A DNA stretch of 63,934 nucleotides, filler included, from Olpidium bornovanus S191 (taxonomy: Eukaryota; Fungi; Olpidiomycota): assembly GCA_017911155.1 (NCBI GenBank). It is 30 parts of 30 records of this genome, joined end to end, with 100 filler letters (N's around TTAATTAATTAA, not from the genome) between each part and the next. Parts side by side here need not be neighbours in the genome. Positions count along the whole stretch, not along the records: positions 45,345 to 48,087 come from JAEFCI010002703.1; positions 48,188 to 49,445 come from JAEFCI010009176.1; positions 49,546 to 54,787 come from JAEFCI010006011.1; positions 54,888 to 56,458 come from JAEFCI010009408.1; positions 56,559 to 57,886 come from JAEFCI010003291.1; positions 57,987 to 61,126 come from JAEFCI010003186.1; 24 more parts are not named here. One strand, 5' to 3'. The notes below the pieces were generated by a model. The model made no database searches and was not told the origin of the DNA. It was given only the letters and a program-made list of their open reading frames with translations. Positions 46,251 through 58,506 of the stretch are shown piece by piece (within the stretch, counting starts at the first letter, position 1; each line of letters opens with the position of its first letter). A program made the position numbers and the translations under genes.

Positions 46251-47126
46251 CTTATTCCTTTATTTCCTTATTTCCCGTTATTTCCTGTAGTTTATCTTTA
46301 TTTCTTTATTTCTTTATTTTTTTTTTATTTCTTTATTTTTATATTTCTTTATTTCTCTTTAGAACCACGCCGCATGCCGTCGGACGCAAGATTCATACTG
46401 TTGGATGCTAGAGAGGATGCCTGCCGCGCGCGAGCAAGGAACACATCTAAATACCTGTGTTTCCGCAGGCAGCGACAGCGCGGCGAATACTCGAATGAAC
46501 TGGATCTTTGTTGGGGGATGCTGTTTGGGGCGAGCAGTGGGGCCGGTGTGAGAACGCCTGCCGGGGTGGCCTGCAAAAAAATCCGTAATCCGTGATCTGT
46601 TGTGCAGGGGTCGGTAAATGCGGCGTCTCCGCGGTATCCGTTTACGCCGCTTTCGGGAAAGCCCGACAGCGGCGACGAGAGATTCAGGGCCCCGCGGGAA
46701 CACCGAGTTTTTAAAGCGCTAATGAAAGAGTTATTCAAGAAGTTTACGCCTCGCACCTCCTGGCTGCAGAGGCAAGCCCAACGAGTTGACGCCGAGTGGC
46801 GTGTGGGGGGTGGCGCGGTTGCGTGAGCGGATTTGCCGTTGTCGCGTGGGAAAGCCCCGTGGCGACGCTCTGTTCTTTTTTTTTTTTTTTTTTTTTTTTT
46901 GTTTTTTTGGTTGGTTTTTTTGCGTAGTAAGATTCCGATTTCCCTCGTCCTGCTCGTCCCCCCGCCCCCGTCGCGAGACACGTCCGGGTCTCCCACTGGA
47001 ATTTTCGCCCGGCCGTGTGTGATCGACTCTCCGTTTTCGTTTGGCGCCCGCCCCTGCCTTCCCTCGCCCTCCGCGCCGCCTCCCACTCGTCATTTCTCCG
47101 AGGAGCGAACGACGACCGACGGAAAG

Positions 47127-48087
47127 ATGTACAAGGTCGAGATCATCGCAGAGCCGGATGCGCAGGACCTGGCGGTGCTTCGGCGCCGGGAAAGGGAGGA
47201 ACAGCGAAAGAGAAGAATCTTCAACCCAAAGCTGCGTGTGATCGGGGTGAGTTTTCCGCAGGCGGCGGGAGAGTGCCGAAGAATGGGGGAATGCGCCGGG
47301 GAAGGGGCGCAATGTCCGCGGTCTCCCAGCATCAGAAACCGGTTATTTGCCAACCCGCATTGCCGGGGAACGTCGCAGATCGACGTCAAGGCCCTCGAGG
47401 AGCAGATTGAGGCTAAAAACCGGCGGAAGCTGCTGAACGACCTGCGGGACAAAAACTTTGGTATGGGGCCTTCCCCGAACATTACACCAGCTTGCCTCCC
47501 GTCTCCCATGATCTGGACGGGCGTACCTGAGAATGGCCCTGCTACCCCTGCCCGCGGTTTCCAGAAAGTGCGGTGACGAACAACAACACCATACTTGAGG
47601 TGCTGGAGAAGAGGGCGTTGAGAGCCCGGCGTGAGCAGCTACAAGAAATAAATAAGTATCGGCTGGCTAACCAGCGCCAAGAGTATCGTCGCGAGTATGA
47701 TCTGAACATGCCATCCAAGCAGCGGAACGAGCTGTTAAAAATGGATGGTTACACCGACAATGGTGCGCCACCTCCAGTCTCTGGGCTGCAAGGATTTGGT
47801 GGGGAAGACAAGGAAGCAGCGGAGAGAGCGAGGTTGCAGAAAGAGCAGATGAAGGTGTGGATGATCGAGAACCTCCTGGAGAAAAAGAAGGGAAAAGAGA
47901 AGGAAGCGCAAGAAAAGAGGTGAGACTTGGGGGAGCACCCCGTAAAAACCAGTATATATGCTTTCCGCAGGCCATTTCCAGCGCACACACGTTCTCAAGC
48001 ACAAAACTTCTTTACATTTGGCGGTAAAAGGGCGCAAGAGGCATATCTCGAGGCAGTTTTCCAAAAGCAGCTGGAACTAGAGCATGC
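47127..48087 (+). CDS. RIBC: RIB43A axonemal microtubule inner protein (partial 3')
   Basis: RRREREEQRKRRIFNPKLRVIG|IDVKALEEQI, QRQEYRREYDLN, SGLQGFGGED...RARLQKEQMKVW. Confidence 0.9.
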
Positions 48088-48329
48088 NNNNNNNNNNNNN
48101 NNNNNNNNNNNNNNNNNNNNNNNNNNNNNNNTTAATTAATTAANNNNNNNNNNNNNNNNNNNNNNNNNNNNNNNNNNNNNNNNNNNNCATGTGCTTGACC
48201 GGCAGCGGATCCGAATAACCTTCTCGCCCCGTCACCCGGCTGACATTCAAAGGCTCTTTGAAATGAAATGGGGTGCTTCGCAGAATGGATCTATGGCCTG
48301 TTGAAACAATTGTTTAGCTTGCAACTGAC

Positions 48330-48944
48330 TTACCATCGTCGGAAAACACAAGGCTTCGTACATGTGACAGACAAAAAACTATGCCTTCGCAAGGTGTTGG
48401 AAATAAACTGCAAGTCGCACTTTTTCACTATTAGGCTCCGATTCAGATTGATTTCTTCTGCAGACCATGCAGATTGTACTCTGCACCGGATGCCCGGCAT
48501 CTCCGTGTAAAACTTGTTGGCCAATGCGCAGCAGGTTCTCCCTGTAAAGTGAGCAACTAGGTTTTGCCAGCCTGGTCTCCCCATAACGCTCATGTTCTGC
48601 TGCGCCAGACTGACAAGCCGGTCCAGTTCATCGCTGGACCACGGGCGCCCAGAGCGTAGTTTTGATATGCTCTGTCGTCGCTGAATACGGTTCGCGGCAG
48701 CGACAGAAGAAGGCGGATTTGTTTGATCTGGCGCGCGGTCGTTTGCCGCCGAGAGCGCATCGCCGTCCGAAGCCGCAGGTCCCACAAAGCGCTTCTCGAT
48801 GCCGATCGTGCCGACGAAACAAGTTCCGGCCGTCCAGCGCGCTCGGAAGGAAGCGGAGCGAGGCTGTGCGGCAACAGCGGATCGCGCCGAACAGGGAAGC
48901 GTCGCAAGCTGGCCGCGCGGCCGGCAAACGGAGGCGGCGCACAT
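48330..48944 (-). CDS. Myb/SANT-like repeat protein fragment
   Basis: PWSSDELDRLVSLAQQ...GWQNLVAHFTGRT and AWSAEE, with Myb-like Trp spacing. Confidence 0.6.
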   Translation of the reverse strand: MCAASVCRPRGQLATLPCSARSAVAAQPRSASFRARWTAGTCFVGTIGIEKRFVGPAASDGDALSAANDRAPDQTNPPSSVAAANRIQRRQSISKLRSGRPWSSDELDRLVSLAQQNMSVMGRPGWQNLVAHFTGRTCCALANKFYTEMPGIRCRVQSAWSAEEINLNRSLIVKKCDLQFISNTLRRHSFLSVTCTKPCVFRRW

Positions 48945-49098
48945 TCCGGAAAACTTTTTGCCCCCCCCCCCCCTCCACCCCCCTTCCTCCCCCCCTCACC
49001 CGCTCGCCCGCCAAGGACCGGCGGCGTCTAGCCGCTTTAACGTCGGCACCGCCGCGCCGGGATGCGGGCTTCGGCCTCTCGCCTCTCCCTCGAGGCTT

Positions 49099-49141
<43 letters not shown>

Positions 49142-49545
49142 TTCCGGGGGGGGGGGGGGGGGCGGGCGGCCGGGGAGCGACGGCCGTGCAGGCCCGCAGG
49201 AGCCGTCGCGGGCGTTCGGAGGTTCGTTCGCAGCTGGCTTCTCGCGGTTTCGCGCCCAAACCCTCTCCTCCCCTGAGACCCCCCGCCCGCCGCCCATTCC
49301 TCCCGACCTTCTCTCGACACGTTTTAGGACTAGGTCTGCCGGACGCAACGCGAGACGCGCGTCCGTGCGCCCCCCGCGACGCTTGCAGGAAACGCCGCTC
49401 TCCACCCTCCCCCCCCCCCCCCCCAAAAAAAAAAAACCCCCTCCGNNNNNNNNNNNNNNNNNNNNNNNNNNNNNNNNNNNNNNNNNNNNTTAATTAATTA
49501 ANNNNNNNNNNNNNNNNNNNNNNNNNNNNNNNNNNNNNNNNNNNN

Positions 49546-50805
49546 CATGCGGCCAAACGCTGTGGAGGCCCTGAAACGCATTGCCGGCCCGGGTTATGTG
49601 CCGGATGCCAAGAGAGACCAGTCGGACAGTCTGCGAGCTCGATACGGTGACCAGAATTACGACACCGGCCTTCTTGTTTCCGAGGAGTCAACGTCAGCAG
49701 ACAGGGTGAGACGAATATACCACTCCGTCTGTTGTTTTAGACGGGTTTGCATTTGCTTGCTTTGTGTTCAGAGATGCTGGCTGGCGGACACGATCCGACT
49801 GCATCACGTTCCATCCTGATGACTGCGAGTTTTGCATGTTTTTAACAATAGGAATATGAATTTATTTTTGGCAACGAGTCACACAAGCGCTTCGCCCGTC
49901 CAGATGACGAGAATATATTGGAACAGAACTGTACCTTGGCGCTCGTCAAGCCGCATGCGTTCATATCCGGTAACGTTTCTCTTTCATTGGTGCGGCTTGT
50001 GCTGGACAGGATCAGGGTTGCTTAACAGCCCTCACCGTACAGGCTTGACTGGCAAGGTAATTGATGCCATCCTGAAAGGAGGTTACTACATTACGGACAT
50101 GGAGCTTTTTCACCTCGACAAGCCTTCCGCTGAAGAGTTTCTTGAAGTTTACAAGGGCGTTGTACACGAGTATCATGTATGTCCAATGTTTTTCGAGTTA
50201 CCAGAAAGGGACGATTCCATTGGCCCTCGTTGGGCTCAGTATCCAAATATTCGCAAATTACTGCTCGCCAAATACTCCTCTTTGCCTCTTACATCTTTGT
50301 TCTTGATCACAGGCTATGGTTAACGAGCTGATTTCCGGGCCAGCGGTGGCAATGTGAGTGCTGCTTGCTTCAAGGACATTTTAAGTTGACCGTACGCGCC
50401 ACACCCCTTCCCACCTATGCCGAACCCGGCCGTTGATGACGTACGAAACCCGGCCGTCAGGAAAATCACCCGCCCGTCCTCCTGCACGGAGGGCACTTCG
50501 GTGGTGCTGAGCTTCCGCGAGTTTGTAGGTCCGTGGGAGCCCGAGATTGCGAAACAGCTCCGCCCTTCGAGCTTGCGCGCCAAATTCGGAGTTGACAAAG
50601 TTCGCAACGCCGTCCACTGCACCGACCTACCCAATGATGGCGTGTTGGAGGTACGCGTCGGGGATGAGGCGGCGGTCCGTTGTTGATGCCCGACCGAGCG
50701 CTCGCTTACTGACTTACCGATGGCTCTGATTCGGTGGGGTGGGGTGTGGGGGTGGGGGGGGATAAATGCTAGGTGCAGTACTTCTTCCGCATTCTGTCCA
50801 CGTGA
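49546..50805 (+). CDS. NME7: Nucleoside diphosphate kinase 7, ciliary (partial 5')
   Basis: TLALVKPHA, AEEFLEVYKGVVHEY, FREFVGPWEPEIAKQLRPSSLRAKFGVDKVRNAVHCTDLPNDGVLE|VQYFFRIL. Confidence 0.96.
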
Positions 50806-51544
50806 TCTCTGGGTTTCTTCTCGGTTTAGCCGTAACACAGTATCCAATGTTCCTGCGTGGTCCAATGCGGACCGTTTGGCATCTCATGGGCCCCGCGACC
50901 CCCCCCTTCCCCCCCCCCCTCCCCTCTTTTTTCCGCTTTCCGTTGCCGCCACGCGATACCGAATTTTCCCCGAGCTTCGATGCAGTTTTCGATAGACGCG
51001 ATCATGTCCGTTTAGGCCGTGGTACATCTATGTTCACGCCGCAAAATGGAAGCCGTAAGGCCAGCTTCCGAGCGGCAGTGAAATCCAGACGTTCGTTCGG
51101 CCGAGTTACTGCGGTCAAAAATTCGGCAAGCTCGATGCAATCCGTGCGTGCCGCCGCCCACTATTGTCTGGGGCCTGGTATCAAACTCATCGCATGTGTG
51201 CAAATGTACCGTGTGGACTAGATTTGCCCGCGAGGAGCGGAACGTTCTATGCTTTGTCGAACTTTGCTTTGTTGGCGAAGGGGACACATCCACACACCAC
51301 AGCAGCGGAATATCGGCCGGATCTGCGCAGGTTTTCGTGACGTTGGTCAAATACGTGACTACCAAACGCACTCCTAATTTGACCCTCCGCTGGCAAATAC
51401 TATCACGGTGGCAAATATTATCACGGTAGTGACGTTGAATCGTGTGCATGTGGTGTATATGTTCAATGAGAGTGAGTTGGAATCACTGGTTGGCGTATCG
51501 TTCAGTGATATCGACGAAACGGGGATCAGGACGATACCTGGATT

Positions 51545-53525
51545 TTAACATTCAGGCGGCTTCCAGTATGGCCTCGTTCTCGTCTTGAATAGTGGAATCA
51601 ACTTGAAACTGCAACTCGACAAGTCGCCGGCTGCGTCCTGCGATTTTGCGTACACCACCGGCCGCGTCTCGCTGACCTCCACGATGTCAAGGGCCTCCCA
51701 GACTTTGGGCCTTCGCCGCTGGAGAAAGCCGCCAGACGCCGGATAGCTGGACGACGACGGCGTCCGCGAAAGAATTAAGTCTTGAGCTGGTATCGTCGGC
51801 GAGCCGACTGTTACCCCGCCTGCCGGCGAACCGTCTGCCGGTTCATGGGCGCCCAGCAGGTCAAACCTCTCGACGTCGGCGTCGTTCAGGATGCGCTGCT
51901 GGTCCTCTTCGTCGACCCCAAACTCTTCCTCGCCGCCGGCCGAGGCGGGCTCCTTCTCCGCCTGTCGCGTTTGCTCCTCGTCTCCAAGCAATTCCAGAAC
52001 GTCCGGGTCTAGAAGCGGCAGTAGTTCTGGTCCGGGTTTTCCGTCCTGTGCCGACGTCCCGGGTTGAGCGTCAGGATCCAGGTACTCGTTGTCGTCGTCG
52101 ACTTCTGGTTCTTCCCTGCGCGCAAGGCAGAAATCCAAGGGGATTTCCGTCGGACTGAACGGCGGCGATAGCGGATAGAACCCCGGCGCGGATTTCCTCG
52201 GTTCACGCGGTCTTTCGCGTCCGACGTCGTCCTTTCTCTCGGAAGACGGAGGCGCTTGATCCGTCTGGGCGCGCTCCACGACGGCCTCGACCTCAGGCGT
52301 TGTCGAGAAGACGGGCAGAGCAGGGATGTTGCAGCTCGAGCTGTCCGACGGCGGTGGGTTCGCGTCTTCCTTTCCAAATCGCCCGTCGACAGGCAGGAGC
52401 TGCAGGACCGTGGGGTCCCGTCGCAAGAGGTCCTGCGTCCGTACCTTGTTCCTGTGGGCGGACGAAAGCATCAGCCTGGCTGCCTCCGTTTTCTTGGCGA
52501 CCCGCGCCAAAGCTTCTGCTGCCGTGTTCCGATTTTGTAGGTACAGCTTTCGTTCGCGGAATTCGGACGGTCAGGATGCGCGCGACAGGGGTGGGCGGAT
52601 GCCCCGAAAAGCGACGTCCAGCTCGCGCTTGAACAACGATAATCATCACCTGCTTCTCGAGAACTTCGCTTTGGTGGAAATGCTTCTCGGGATGAAGGAC
52701 GTATTTGCCCTTCAATTCCTTGAACTGGAAGGTTGCACCTGCCACCGGAGATGTATTGGGTCGAGCAACCGAGGGCTTCCGGTGCCGCTGAGTACGATTT
52801 CCGCCTGGAGTCGCCGTCCTTCGCGTTTGCAACGTATCCGCATATGCCTTCCTTGCCGGCTTCGGGGGCCGCTGGTTTTCCTGCCGATCCGCGTTACGTT
52901 CTTCGACGTATCTAGCGTAGAAAGACGACCGTTCGATTTTTGGGAGCCCGCGAGGGCTCTGCGGTCGTTGAACTGGAACATCTGGATCCGTGACGGGACT
53001 GGACTCGGTACAGCGCCACATGAGAAAGCCCGTGAATGGGCTTTTGTGTCCAAAACAACCGACCACAGATCGACGCGTTCTCCGCACCTTACCGCAGCTA
53101 GATCTCGGCGCTGCCGCAGGCCGCTAATTCGAAAAGATGCGCAGAGTAGTTTTTTAATGGCGATACCATCAGGGATTTTCGCCCGGCAACCCGGGAAAAG
53201 TCTCCCCTCACCAACTACTTGCAGTCCCGTTGCCTTGCTCTCTACGGGCCGCGGCTTGCGCCTCCAGCCAGGCTTCTCGCTCCTGGAAGCGGGCCTGCTG
53301 CTTCTTGATCTTTTCCATGTAGCCCAAGTGCAGCGCCATCCGTTTTTGGCGCCGCTGTTCCGCCGCGCAGGCGAGCATCTGGTTGAAAAACTGTGCCTTC
53401 GCGGCGTCCTCCCTGCTTAGCTTGGGCGCGCGGAGGACGCCCGGCCTGAAACGGACCAGCTGCCGGTCGTACGTCGGGTTGTGGTACGTGCGCGCCCTCC
53501 GAGCTACATCTTCGCTTTCGGACAC
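51545..53525 (-). CDS. Multi-exon hypothetical protein, low complexity
   Basis: Consecutive long frames at 53208-53525, 52293-53087 and 51545-52510. No family recognised. Confidence 0.55.
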
Positions 53526-54999
53526 ACGGCGGTAGCCACGGCTGTCAAAGCCTTGGCGGTTGGCAGCATCACGCGTTACAAGCCAGTTCGCAGAACGTTT
53601 GTGAGGCCAAGGCCCGGGCCGTTGTGGACGCTAGGTGCAGGCGTTTTTTCTTGGGTTGTTCTTCCCCAATCTCCCCACTTTCCCCCCGGGGAATTTCGAG
53701 TTGCGTCTGACTTACCCTCTCGAAGGCGGTTCGCCGCCACGGGCTCTGCGCAGCGGTGGCGCGCGGTGCGCGAATCTGGTGCCACGGCCATGGCAGCGGT
53801 CCGGCGCCGGGCTGCTGCAGGGCCTTTCCTGCGGGGATCGTCTGCCCTGGGCTCACGAACTTCTATCTTCCTTTCGCAGACGGCGGCGGCGGGGATGCAG
53901 GGCGGCGAGGGGAGGGGGTTGGTGGAGGGGGAAAAGTGTGTGGTGTGGGTGGCGGGCGGGGGGAAGGGGGGGGGTTGGGAGGGCCGGCAGGCGGTCGCCA
54001 TGGCGACGGGCAAACCGGCGATTCCGACCAGGAAAGACGAGTGGATGCGCCGGGCGGCAGGGGACTCTTTTGACCAAAAAGACAACGCCCGCGCCCGCAG
54101 GAGCGCGCGATCGAACGGCTTGGACCCCAACTGTTTTGGCGCACACCTTCCCCCACCTCCTCACGGAATCTCCCGTGCGGGGAACCCGAACGCCCGAGAA
54201 AAATAACCGGGGCACGATCAAAGAGATTTGATGGTCTCGCCGCCGTCGGCTGCTGCCGTCGCTCCACGTCCGCCGTCAAACTCGATTTGCGCCTGGGTGA
54301 CGTGGGCCTCTCGTTTCCAAACTTGCGCTCGTCCATAAACGGAGGAAAATAAATTGGCAGTTGCAAATCTGCCGAATCTAACTGTGACAGCTCTCCGGCT
54401 GCTGAAGTTCACCATCATCGCTGCCGTCTACGACACTGTCACAGCCAGCCTTGGCAGCGGCGATGGCAGGCGAACGCGGGGCCTTTAAGGTCGCGCTTTG
54501 GGTTTTGACTTCCGTCAGTCTTCTTTTTTTGCCGCTGTGGGCGAGCGCGAGGAAAGGGCCTGCGGTTGCAGACGCGGATTTGACGGAAGGCACACGTTGA
54601 TGACAGCGCGCCGCATAGTGGTCACGTCGTGGCACGCACACAAAGAAATCCTCATTCGTCGACCTCCTTCGCGCAGGCGGACAGGCAGCGAGCTCGCCAT
54701 TGCGCCGCGGAAGGCTGATTCGCACCGCTTGCTGATCAGGGAAAGGTAGACGGAGAGCCCTGCACAACGCGTGCACGAGGTGCCATGNNNNNNNNNNNNN
54801 NNNNNNNNNNNNNNNNNNNNNNNNNNNNNNNTTAATTAATTAANNNNNNNNNNNNNNNNNNNNNNNNNNNNNNNNNNNNNNNNNNNNACCTTAGGAAACG
54901 AAGTTGAACAGTGGTGGCGGTTGGGGGGGACATGCGTAGAAAACCATGTGGCAGCGACAAATAAAAAACGGGCTTCTCCTTTGATACATAAAAAAGGAG

Positions 55000-55045
<46 letters not shown>

Positions 55046-55372
55046 GGATGGGATTGGGGTTCTCCCTTGCTCACATCTCGACGCAAAAACGACCCCATTA
55101 AAAAATTAAAAGAGCTCACTCGCCCCGGACAGCGGGAATTCTTTTCCCCTCCCGTTTGCGGAGGGCCGGATTTTCGTGTCCTCCGCCGCCGAAAAGCGAA
55201 CACGGATAGAACTGAGCCTCCCAAAAGCAATTTCCTCCGAAAGGGGGAAAAAGAAGAAAAAGAAAGCAGTGCTTTTGGTTTTCCCTTCTTTTCTACATAT
55301 ATATTATACTCTCCTCGTTAAGAGGCGGGTTAAGCGTCATTATCGCTACCCACACCGCAAACCAAAAAAAAA

Positions 55373-56099
55373 ATGTCGCCTCAGATCCCGACGCCTCCGC
55401 AGCCGCTCGACTCTTCCGCGCCACAATCCGCGGCAGGGGCGGCGGCCGCCGTCAATAGCCCCGCCGGCGACACCTGCGCGCGGCAGGCAGCGTCTTCGCA
55501 TCTCCAGCCGATTGACGTTCTAAAACGGGACTCGGCGGGGACTCCGACGTCGGACACCGGATCGGACGCCGGCGTGTCGTCCAGCCGAGAACAGAAATTC
55601 AAGAACAGGTGCTTCAAATGCAAGACAAAGGTAAGGATATATACACCCTGACGGGGTCGCCGTCGACCCGGATTTCAATGGCAAGAAACCGTCCGGCAAA
55701 CAGGAAACCAAAAAAGAAAGTCTCCGACCGCCCGCGGTTTCCGGCGTTTTGATCAGAAACATTTCTTTTGTTTGCACTCGCTCCGCCCGCCGCAAACGCA
55801 AACCCTTTAAACAAACACGGCCCACTCAATTTTTGCGTTTGCGGACGAGCACATCGTATCTTTCTTCCCCTGCCTACCGCTTATTCCTCCTCCGTTCTCC
55901 GGCTCGCCGGCAGATACCGCTGGCGCTCCAAATCACCAACAAGTGCCGCTGCGAGTACATATTCTGCAATTCGCACAAACACCCGGACGAGCACAGCTGC
56001 GACTTCGACCACAAGTCGGAAGGAAAGGCGATCCTGGCGATGAACAGCCCAAAACTCGACGATAACCGTGGCGGCAGATCTTTCAATCGGCTGGTATGA
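55373..56099 (+). CDS. AN1-type zinc finger protein (exons 55373-55630, 55914-56099)
   Basis: KNRCFKCKTK|IPL...KCRCEYIFCNSHKHPDEHSCDFDHKSEGK. No A20 domain seen. Confidence 0.92.
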
Positions 56100-58506
56100 G
56101 GGCCGCCTCAAAAAACGTTGACCTGCAAGGGCGGACAGTGTTTTCTCGCGGCCTGGTAGGAGGCCCAATGAAGGAAAAGCAAAAGAAAAGAAAAAATGTC
56201 TCACGTCCTTTGGAGTCAAGCAAGCACAATATATATTTTTACACTCGGCTCAACATCGGTGTACTTTCCCACTCTCTCCTTCCCTCTTCCCTCCGGGCAG
56301 CAACAAAAAAAAAACCAGCAAAAAATAAAAACAAAAAAAGGGAAGAAAGAAAGAAAGAAATCGAGGTACGAGGCGCCAGCCAACAGAAAGCTGAATTGGG
56401 CGATCGAAGTCTGGACGTAAACATAACGCTATGAATACATATGCTGGAGGCTATCATGNNNNNNNNNNNNNNNNNNNNNNNNNNNNNNNNNNNNNNNNNN
56501 NNTTAATTAATTAANNNNNNNNNNNNNNNNNNNNNNNNNNNNNNNNNNNNNNNNNNNNAGAGGGAAGAGGGGAGGGAGGGGGGGGGGGGGGGCGGGGGGG
56601 GGGGGGGGGGGGGAGGGGGGGGAGGTTCGCGCGTGGTGGTCTGCGTCGTTTGCACCCGGATCACCCGGGCGCGTCAGCCCTTTTCCCATCTCGAAACCGT
56701 GCCAACCCGAGGCCGCGCGTTCGAAATCGCCCCGGGAGGGGTCCACAGCTGAGGGCGAGAGCCCGTACTGCCGAACGCCTGATAATCAATCACCTTGGCT
56801 TGTGTGACCCCAATCCCGCAACCTCACTTTTTATCTTCGCGTTAAGCCGCCGGTGTGGGGACGGTTCTGCTCTGGCTTCTCACGACAGCCCCGGAACCCG
56901 TGCCCGCGGGGGGCGCCCGAGAAGACTTTGGCCCGCGCACCACCCCCCGTGTTACTGCCGGTCTGAAGAGAGTCACGGCCGTCATACCCGAAAGCGACGA
57001 CGAGGGGGGTCCCGAAAGCTGCTGCTCGCGAAGGGCCAAAGAAGCCGGCAATTCCGAAGAAGGCCTCAGGCCAAAGTTGACTCCCAAAATTTTAGCTTGT
57101 GAGTGTGGGTTTACACATTCAATTCCAATGCAGGGGCCCCGTCATAAAATCAGCCCGCAGTGACACGTGGGAAGTGTGCGATGAGGCTCGACAGGCACGG
57201 CATGCAGCGACGAAGACGCTGCCTTAAGGCAGATGGCAGGTGGCGGACGGTAGTATGCCACTTGCTAGTAATATTTAGGTTAGGTATAAAATAATTAAGT
57301 GCAATTCTATTGAATAGGTTTGAACGATTACTATTTACTAAAAAATTAACTTTAAAACGAACTTGAATATTATTTATATTTTATATTAGTAAGATTTGAT
57401 GTAATTATATTATTTTTTAAGATATAATTATTGTTACGGAAAAAAGGGGGGGGTTCTCTCTCTTCCGTTTTCCTTTCTCTCTCCGTTTCTTTTCCGTTGT
57501 TTGCGTTTGACGGCAGGAGGAAGAGCTCCAAGGGGAGCCCCCCTCCTGGTCTTGGCATCTTTGATCACGTGACCCGTAGAGCGCATCATACGGTTCACAA
57601 CCCTCTTCCTCGCTCAAGGGGAGCGGCCGTGGTTCCTCCCTTTACGGGGAATCTTCCTCTTAGCGCTCAGCACCCTTGTGTGCTTGGGAGGAGAGTTCTT
57701 GCTCCATACAAGGCAATGGTAAAAAACTGACACATCAGGGAAAAACCCAAAGCCGGAGCGCCCGTAGGCGACGCATCTAGCGTACAGCTGATGTCAGGGT
57801 AGCACTCAGAAAAGGTGCACATCTCTAGGCTCCTCCTGAGAGGGCCGCTTCCTCACGCATGAGGCAAGCCATCTAGATCTCCATCTNNNNNNNNNNNNNN
57901 NNNNNNNNNNNNNNNNNNNNNNNNNNNNNNTTAATTAATTAANNNNNNNNNNNNNNNNNNNNNNNNNNNNNNNNNNNNNNNNNNNNCATGATGGACCAGA
58001 AATGGGAGGGGTGATCAAATCCGAGCTCGTTTTTTGGCTTTTGCGCACAACTTTGGCGTATTGCGCTGCAAATGTCGGCTTTCAGATGCTAAATCTCCGT
58101 GTGGCTGGCGCGCAGTACGCGCGCGCCCCCTATCTCGGCATCGGAAATTTCGTAACTGTCCGTGCAATTTCACGGCGACTTGCCAGACTTGAGGGAGCCC
58201 TGCGGATGTCAAATCCCGCTGCTCGGGCGTGCTTTCGCTCCTCTTGCGCTTAACCCGTGACTACCAGATGATTACGAATAAGAAAACAAAACGAAAAAAA
58301 TGAAAAAAATGAACGCGGGAAGATGTGGGGTGGGGGGGGGGGGAAGGGATTGGAAATGATGAGATCCTCGGGGTCGAAATGCACCGGCCAAAGCTGCCGT
58401 TGGAACACGCTTCAAAGAGGCAGACGGGCGGACGTGTTTGCGGAGCCTTGCGGCTAAGCAGCGCAAAAGAGACGGGGGTTCTCGGCTTTCTTTCCCGCCC
58501 AAAAGG

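Noticed and set aside
57432-57732. Possible solo LTR (TGTTACG...TGACA)
   Set aside because: The flanks ATTAT and CATCA do not form a TSD, and no PBS or PPT is evident. The 11-bp match to 1280-1290 may be chance.
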